DNA of 42,512 nucleotides from a virus (taxonomy: Duplodnaviria; Caudoviricetes). The stretch lies in the IMG/VR virus record IMGVR_UViG_3300032219_001071, positions 1-42,512 of that record; one strand, written 5' to 3'. A program made the position numbers and the translations under genes. Positions 8,713 through 16,100 of the stretch are shown here, piece after piece (the first letter of the stretch is position 1; every line of letters begins with the position of its first letter). The notes under the pieces were generated by a model. The model searched no databases. It saw only the letters and a program-made list of their open reading frames with translations, and was not told where the DNA came from.

Positions 8713-8816
8713 TATCGTACCTCCTTTCCGCCCACATACCATAGGGCAATGATAGTTGCAACTATGCCTGCTAGTGCACCTGATAGAAAGTGGAACTCAC
8801 CGAATGTTACGCACAT
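8712..8816 (-). CDS. 34-aa single-pass membrane peptide (not in ORF track)
   Basis: MCVTFGEFHFLSGALAGIVATIIALWYVGGKEVR*, TAATG coupling to the next gene. Confidence 0.55.
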   Translation of the reverse strand: MCVTFGEFHFLSGALAGIVATIIALWYVGGKEVR

Positions 8817-9033
8817 AATAGTCCTCATTCAGTCTATTGATGCGACTGCGCTCAGCTGCTGCTGACGCTCGGCGCTCAATCTCATAGGATAGTAGGCGCT
8901 TGGGCGCCCACTTGATCTGTTCACCCCTGTAATAGGTGTCTATATGTACAATACATAGCCTCTTATTACCCTTGACTGTACGGATACCATCATAGGTACA
9001 TAGCCGCTTACCTTCCATTGCTTGGCAGATCAT
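8797..9033 (-). CDS. Basic hypothetical protein with C...C...CxxH
   Basis: AAGGAGGAG RBS. Confidence 0.65.
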   Translation of the reverse strand: MICQAMEGKRLCTYDGIRTVKGNKRLCIVHIDTYYRGEQIKWAPKRLLSYEIERRASAAAERSRINRLNEDYYVRNIR

Positions 9034-9209
9034 TGCTCCTCCTTCTTCTTACGCTTGATCTTCTCGAATGTTACCGGATACCCTGCCATGTAATCGTTGA
9101 ACTTATCAAGGTACTTTTCATACTCAGCTCCTGCTTCATCTATACATTCCTTTGAGCAGAAGCCTTGCATTCCCATTACGCTAGGCTGATCACACCATGG
9201 GCAGTTCAC
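9030..9209 (-). CDS. 59-aa Zn-finger protein CxxC...FCSxxC (not in ORF track)
   Basis: GTG start after AAGGAG; MNCPWCDQ...GFCSKEC...; ATGA overlap with next gene. Confidence 0.65.
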   Translation of the reverse strand: MNCPWCDQPSVMGMQGFCSKECIDEAGAEYEKYLDKFNDYMAGYPVTFEKIKRKKKEEQ

Positions 9210-9250
9210 TTGTCATCTCCTTTTCAACTATGCTTGACCCTAACCTATTA

Positions 9251-9289
9251 GGGGGGCAGACCGAACGGCCTACCGCAAGAGAGCAGGGA
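9251..9289 (-). promoter_or_regulatory. Conserved leader element, copy B
   Basis: TCCCTGCTCTCTT-GC-GGTAGGCC-GTTC-GGTCTGCC-CCCC on the minus strand. Confidence 0.7.
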
Positions 9290-9396
9290 GAGGGGGTAAT
9301 ACACTGTCTCTCGTCCATACCCCTCAGCCCCTGCCTTATCACAATATCCACATTGTTACTGTGCATGCTATCGTATCCTTCCATTGTATATAAAAT

Positions 9397-9408
9397 GCCA
9401 TCGTCAGG
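9397..9408. repeat. 12-bp box GCCATCGTCAGG, copy 3 of 3
   Basis: Exact match to 4666 and 8176. Confidence 0.85.
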
Positions 9409-9430
9409 TTACCAGAATAGCCGTGCCCTG

Positions 9431-9470
9431 AAAAAGAGATGGAGGAGGATGACCGTAGCCATCCCCCTCC
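9431..9470 (-). terminator. Intrinsic terminator after first leftward gene
   Basis: Minus strand GGAGGGGGATGGC-TACG-GTCATCCTCCTCC-ATCTCTTTTT. Confidence 0.8.
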
Positions 9471-9490
9471 GTTGCGTGCTCGGCTGCCGC

Positions 9491-9808
9491 TTACTTGTCG
9501 GCTGCCGCTACCTCCACTACGCGTGGCTTAGTCCAGCGTCCGTCGCTCATGCGCTCGCTTGTGGCGAAGATGGTGACCTTCGTCCACTGCGCTGCTGCGA
9601 GTGCTGCCGCTGCATCACCGCGTGCGATGACTGGGTAGAAGTGCACCTTGCCCTCGTCGTTCACCTCTTCAATGACGACCTGAGCATAGGTGACATTACC
9701 ACCCTTGTCGTAGGTGATGTCTGCCGTGTCCAGTGCGCCAGTGCGTGGCGCTGCGCTTGGGTGATCGTGCTCGCCTTGCACGATACCCGTGATTTTGGTT
9801 AGAGCCAT
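9491..9808 (-). CDS. First leftward gene, possible OB-fold/SSB-like protein
   Basis: Strong RBS (AGGAAGGAGGAG), own terminator, beta-rich pattern ITG...FYPVIARGDAA...KVTIFA. Confidence 0.65.
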   Translation of the reverse strand: MALTKITGIVQGEHDHPSAAPRTGALDTADITYDKGGNVTYAQVVIEEVNDEGKVHFYPVIARGDAAAALAAAQWTKVTIFATSERMSDGRWTKPRVVEVAAADK

Positions 9809-9843
9809 CGGGCTCCTCCTTCCTGCGCGACTGACGCCGCGCT

Positions 9844-9960
9844 CTTCGGGGGGCAGTACATCCGCCCCCTCAACAAGGCGAGCCCCGCTCTACCCCCCGT
9901 GCTGCCAGCGTATACTGTGTTCCGCTGCTCGCTTCGGGGGGCAGACCCGCAGACTGCCCG
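9844..9960 (-). promoter_or_regulatory. Conserved leader element, copies C and D
   Basis: CTTCGGGGGGCAG at 9844-9856 and 9932-9944 (plus strand), each part of a hairpin. Confidence 0.65.
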
Positions 9961-10075
9961 ATTTTGGAGACGGGGTCTCCCTCGGGCTTTTCTGCGGTAT
10001 AGCCCGTTTGGTGGGGTTACCCAACCTCCGGACTGGACATACCCATCTGATAAGAAACCTTAATGTTGGTAAACC

Positions 10076-10104
10076 CTTGACATGATTGGATATAAATAGA
10101 GGGT
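10076..10104 (+). promoter_or_regulatory. Putative late promoter, copy 1
   Basis: CTTGACAtgatTGGATATAaATAGAGgGT; 24/29 identical to 17833-17861. Confidence 0.7.
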
Positions 10105-10182
10105 GATAGATATACCCTCTAATACGGTTTTACAGATATATAGAGAGTCTTACCCTCTTAGAGGGTGCAAACGAAAGGCAAC

Positions 10183-13100
10183 ATGGCAAAGATTCCAGAT
10201 CCAAAGGAGATCCAGGCCCAGATCGACCGCCTCGTCAACAAGACAGTTGACCAGCAGGTGGAAGGTAAGGCTGCTCCGGCTGCGCCCAAAGCAGGTGCGG
10301 CCAAGGATCCGTTTGCCGGAATGAAGAAAGAGACCCCTAGGGCAGAGGCCCCGACCCCTACACCCCCAGCTGCTGCCGCCCCCTCCGCTCCGGCAGCTGG
10401 GGGTACTTCTGCTCCCGCAGCCCCAGCCAAGCCAGCGCCGTACCAGACCTACATCGAGTACGAGTACGTAGGCGAACCAGACCCAGACTCCGCCTCCTCG
10501 ATGCCGTCGGAGGAGATGAACTACACCGCCGGACAAAGAACAGCGAGTGGCAAGCTTGCCATTGCGCCAGCCGTCAGAGGCGACAAGCGCTCCAACATTG
10601 AGAAGGTCATCGCTGGAGAGCGCACCTCGACCAGCCGCCAGTACGCACCCAAGAAGGGCGTAGTCCCTGGCGCTAACCTTCTCCTTACCGTCCGCGGCAA
10701 GCCAGCTGCGGTCGTCCGCATTACCGCGGTCTACAAGATCATGGGCTCGACCCAGGATGGGTTCGCCGTCCTACAGGATCTCGCCACTGGCACAGAGGTC
10801 AAGAAGCCGATTGAGCGCCTTGCTGCCTCAGAGGGCTACGACGCAGCCGAATACGCCAAGACAATCTACAACACCAAGATCACACCAGGCGAGGCAGTCG
10901 CCGCCGAATACGATGCAGACCTCAACGCCAAGGCCCAGGCAGGCATCGATGCCGCTCAGGGCGCCCCAGCCGAAGCCCCAGTTAGCCGAGCAACAAGCAT
11001 CGGTATGGCACCGGGGGATGTTCCGGTACCTCCTATGGGGGAAACTACGCCCTCCGTGGCTCCTACACCCCTCCCAGAGGCTTCTATTCCACCGGCCCAG
11101 ACCCCCGAAACGCAAGTAACGGCGACGACCCCCACAGATGCCACCGTAGCTCAGGGGACAGAGCAGGGGACTTCTAAGCCTTTGGCCGCAGGTTCGAATC
11201 CTGCCGGTGGCGCCAGCAGCGCGTTCGCATCCATGACGGCAACACCAGAACAAATCAAAGCAACGGCGGCGCCCGCCGACGGCGACTTCGGTATTGAGGG
11301 CGAGACACAGCCGTACACACTGCCAGAAACTGACGGCAGATACGTGGGCATCATCGGTACCGCAGGGCGGCGAGGGGATGGGGCACGACTAACAGAAGGC
11401 GACTACCGATTCCTTGTCAGGTACATCGGCGGGGCGGTCAAGCCAAACGACGTCCTAATCTCCGGCGGCGCAGCGTGGGCTGACCACGTAGCCGTCCAGT
11501 TGTTCCTTGACGGCAAGGTAGGTGGCCTCGTGCTGCACCTTCCGGCAGAGCTCATCGTCGGGCCAGACGGGAAGCTAACGTTTAGGAACGGTGGCTTTGG
11601 TACCGCAGGCAGCACCGCAAACTACTACCACTCACTATTCGACAAGGCCCTTAAGGTCGAGTCCGGGTTCTCGCTAAAGCAGATCCAGGAAGCCATTGAC
11701 CGTGGCGCTGTAGTAACGTTTGGTGATGGCACGCAGGGCAATGAGGGGATGAAAGAACGCAACAGCCTTGTTGCACGCGACGCACGCGACTTCCTGGTGG
11801 CCATGACGTTTGATCCGAACATGAAGACCCAGACCCCCAGGGACGGCGGCACAGCAGACACCTGGCGCAAGCACCGTAAGGGACACCCAGAAGCCAAGCG
11901 TAGATTGGTAGACATCCGCGCTCAGAATCCAGACCCATCAGAAGGTGAGCGACTACGTGCGTTCGACTCAAGGAAGGGCCAGTATGCGCTAGGCCGAGCA
12001 GAAACTGAACAGACTGCGGACATGCTGAACACGATGGCCAAGGCTGAGGGTGAGAAGGGATCGCTTCTGGACAAGGCAGCTCAGAATATTAGAGAACTTG
12101 CCATAACGGAGAGCACAGCGCAGGGGTATAACCTGCAGCAGGCGCTTAAGGCAATGCAAGCTGAGGAGGCAAAGGTCCTTACCAGGGCTAGTAGGATTGC
12201 ATTCCTGCCAACAGACAAGCTTGTTTCAGCCGCTCTCGTTATTGCGATGCTTGACGCACAGGCCCCAGTGAGCGAAGAAATCTATACTATGATCGACGAA
12301 GGGTTCCTACCGAACGTCGGCATGCTTAAACGAGCGCAAGGGCGCGAAATCGACGTGCAAGCTGCAATCCGATTCATGCGCGACCGCCTTCTGACTAAGA
12401 CAGTTGAGCTTGGAAAGGGTGAGAATGACGTCCTGATCACCAGAATCCTTGAAAATGCTGGTGTTCCGCTGAGCGCATTTGCCAAGACCGGCGCAGATGC
12501 CCCAGCATACACATACCCTGGTGCCGATGCGCAGGCTGCAGAGGTCAAAATCAAGCGTGTGAACAACGACCTGAAGCGCGTACTGGCCAGGATCCAGAAG
12601 AATGCCGCAGATCTTGGTCCGCTGATGAGCCACCCAGAAGTGGCGAAGCGTTTGTACCTTGTTACCAGCCTGCTTTCTGGCATCGAGCAGGACATTGACT
12701 CAGAGTTTGCTGGAGAGGCCCTGCCATCCAGGCTTAGAACCGACAGATACTCCGGACTTCCTTACCTGCGCGCACTCGAGCAGATTGATCCTATCTTCGA
12801 ATACATCCGAATGCGTGCCGACATCGATCCTAGCGAGGTCCTTCCGTCTGATCCTAACGACAGAGACCCATACAAGATTGCAGAGGCTGTGCTCGCAGCA
12901 GGTGCTCAGCCACCTCAGTCTCGCGGAAAGCGCGGTAGATACGTTTATGACGAGGCCCAGCTCCACGCTACCTACAAAGCCGGCACTCCATATCGCCGGT
13001 ATGCGTTTGACCTAAACGGAGAGGTGCACCCTCAGTACATGACGCTAGACGAGCTCGGCTTGGTGACCGATAAGTTCGATGGATTTGAGAATCCATACGC

Positions 13101-16100
13101 TGGCCTAGCCTCAGTCAACGAGTTAGTGACAGGCAGAACCAACACAAGCAGGGCTACAATCGGCATGCACATCAGCGCCGACTCTAGCGCACGAGTGGAG
13201 TGGGTATCTCGTATTCCTAAGAAGGAAGTTGAGGTCTTGCGAGCCATCAAGAAGCTCCTTGCCGACAAGCATCCGGCATATATCACCCCAGGAACACCTG
13301 ACGAGGTAGCAATCGTACCTGGTGCGTTCATTCAATACACAAGATATGCCTCACTTGTAGACGATGTTGCAGATTCGACGTACAACAATGTATCGAATGC
13401 CCTTGGCAAAGTCTACCTTGTGGACGTTACCGGCAAGGGAGAGTACCAGGTCACCATTGATGGTGTCACGTACTACATCGGCAAGGGCATGTACGCCTTT
13501 AAGGATGGCGACGAGACCGGCCTTAAGCTCGCACAAAAGGTATCAGAGCTTGAAGTCGACGATGTACCAAACTCACGTGTAAGCAAGCCGTTTAAGCTTG
13601 GTGATAAAGCTCAATACCCACAGCTTACTGGCCTAGGTAAGTTCTTTAGAATCGATATCGACCCTGTCGTGCACATGACCTTTGCGCACAACGACCATAC
13701 GCTGCTCAGCGAGAGAGATGCAGCCCGATTTGGCGAGTCATTTGACCCAGATCAGCAGATCAATGAGCCACTTAAGCCAGCAAAGGGCGGTAAGTTCCAG
13801 GGAATGTACCTGATCAGCCCTGAATACACTCGAGAGCCAGGATTTATCTACAAGACAGTACAGGAGCCGTACCTCCAGTCGTTAACTAACGAAGACGGAA
13901 CACCAATGCTCAGCCCCGAAACAGGAAAGCCTGTCACAATTCGGTTGTTTAGGACTGTCGTGGTTGGCGAACGAGTAAGAATGGCGCCAGGTGTCGAAGA
14001 CTTTGCAGACTACACAGACAACAGCCCAACCAACATCGAGTTTGACGAAGGTCTACGGTTTGTCATCGGCAACGACATTCAGATTGGTAGAACCCTGGAT
14101 GGCGTCGACCTCATCGAGGACAACTACGACGATGTTGTAGCTACGGAGATCCGCCAACAGCAGCCTGTGTTCTTGCAGGGCGCAGAACGCCGTGCAAGAG
14201 ACCGCCAGGAGCGCATCGAGCAGGGCCTTGACCCAGTTGATGATAGTATGTCTGAGTCTGACAAGGCGTATAGAAACTTCACTGAGGCCGGCGAGAGAGT
14301 AGACCACTTCGGTAGAGATTACTCGTTTGCTGACCACGAAGAGTACAACAGCGACTCACCGTTTGCCCCGTCAGTGGCAGAGGCACGTTCTACAGAGCGA
14401 ATGGCTGCGTTGATGCCTGGGGGGGGCGGTGTCGCCCCGGACGAAGCCGACGTAAGAGCCATGCCTGAGTTCACAATGGAAGACTTCATGAGTCCGGAGG
14501 GGCTTACCCCAGAGAGCCAGAAGATTCTAGATCAACTCGTAGCCGATTACTTCTACATCCTACGCGTGCGAGCCCGTGACGTTTCCCAAATGGTACCTAA
14601 CCCCAACTTTGTTGAGCGAGAAGGCCAGATTGGTTGGCGTGCCCTCAGGGGCGTCGTCAAGCTTAGGGGAGAGATGCTTAGGGATCTGGGATATAGAAGG
14701 GCGCTTGCTCTGCACAGGTACCAAACCCGTGAGCCTGCCATCCTAAACTCTGTACTATTTGACATCTTTGCAGTAACCGGCGACAGGGTTGACGTAGCAA
14801 ACGAGGTAACCAAGCAAGTCTACACTGATATTGAGGTAGAAGACAACTTTGTTTCTACCAGGAAGGGTAGGCTATCATTCAGGGATACGCCTATTGTTGA
14901 CGATTCCGACGCTCTAGCAAGGGAGTTTGCCTTTAGCGTAGCACGACGAATGCTACGCGAGCGAACGCCTAATGTCTACGAGACCAGCACCGAATCAATG
15001 GTTGCACGTGAAGAGTCAGCAGAGGAGCGTGCTATTGAGGCGGAAAGAGGCGGCGGATCGGCGGAGGCGGTCACAGACTACAATAGCGAGCTTGCACAAA
15101 TCGCTGCAGAAGCAAACTTGGCTGAAGGCAAGGCCAAACCATATCCATATACCGGAGTGGAGGTTGGAGAATCTCTGGAGCACACCCTTGGAGATGGCAG
15201 GAAGGTCTCCGGGTCGACCGAAGAGGGCAGAGACCTGGTTAAGGCCATCATGGATCAGGAGAGAAGCAACAACCAACTAGATGCAAAGTTTAATAAAGCG
15301 ATGGAATCCTTTACAGAGGAACAGAAAAAGAAAGCTTCTGCAAAGAAGAAGTCGCTAGACGAAGCCGGACAAAAGAGGCTTAATAACCTTATCAGCGCGC
15401 TTGAGAAAGTAGAAGAAGAAGCTGCTATTAAAGCCCTGCGTAGCAGGATTAAGGCCAAGGAAGCGCCTGCACCACAGCCTGTCGAGGCCACAGTGGCCAA
15501 GCAGCCTACACCGCGAGTTAACCGCGTGCTTGATCCTATGAGCGTCGACGAGCGCAGGGCATTTGCGTACAGGGCGTGGGCACTCTACTCTGAGCACGTT
15601 GCAGCAGACGGAGACGGAGACGCTTTCGTGAGGACTATCAATCGTGCACTTGCTGCCGCTACAACGGTGAAGGGCAAAGAGAATAAGTTCAACCAAGTCC
15701 TCAACTTTGTATTTGACAACAACGGTATAGTCATGGTGCCAGACGTTTATTTCACTGACGTCAATGGCAATAAGACCTACCCAGAGCCTAAGGTAAAGAA
15801 CCCACAATACAACTCAGCTGCTAGAAGAACTAGCGCATTTGACGCCACATTCACCGTCGAGGAGATGGAGAAGTTTGTGTCAGAACTGTCAACAATGAGA
15901 ACGAGCAGGTTGGCTGGTGGCCTGCGACAAATCATCAGATACGCCAAGACGCATAATAAGGCCGCAGGCAAGAAGAAACAGCTAAGATTCTACCTAACGA
16001 TTGACCGCGAAACCGGCATGCCAAAGTTCTCGCTGTCAGTATCCCCAACGCGGCCAGGCCAGAAGTTCGTACCTACACCTTATGCTCCGGGGGGAACCGA

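Noticed and set aside
4666-9408. CTGACGA in the 12-mer as a hammerhead ribozyme core
   Set aside because: No stem II followed by GAAA and no stems I/III in any copy.
8118-9960. Leader hairpin plus C(G/T)AA as an HDV-like/theta ribozyme
   Set aside because: J4/2-like sequence is present, but I could not fit P1, P1.1 and P3 with the required spacing.
9197-10085. ORF-track calls 9197-9802, 9190-9384 and 9789-10085
   Set aside because: They run antisense to or across a better-supported gene, terminators and repeated motifs, with no RBS.
11140-11215. tRNA as an attP remnant
   Set aside because: No integrase or repressor recognised, and the whole cloverleaf is present, not only the 3' end.
14419-14426. 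G8 run as a phase-variation tract
   Set aside because: Encodes PGGGG in an intact frame; no evidence of slippage from a single sequence.
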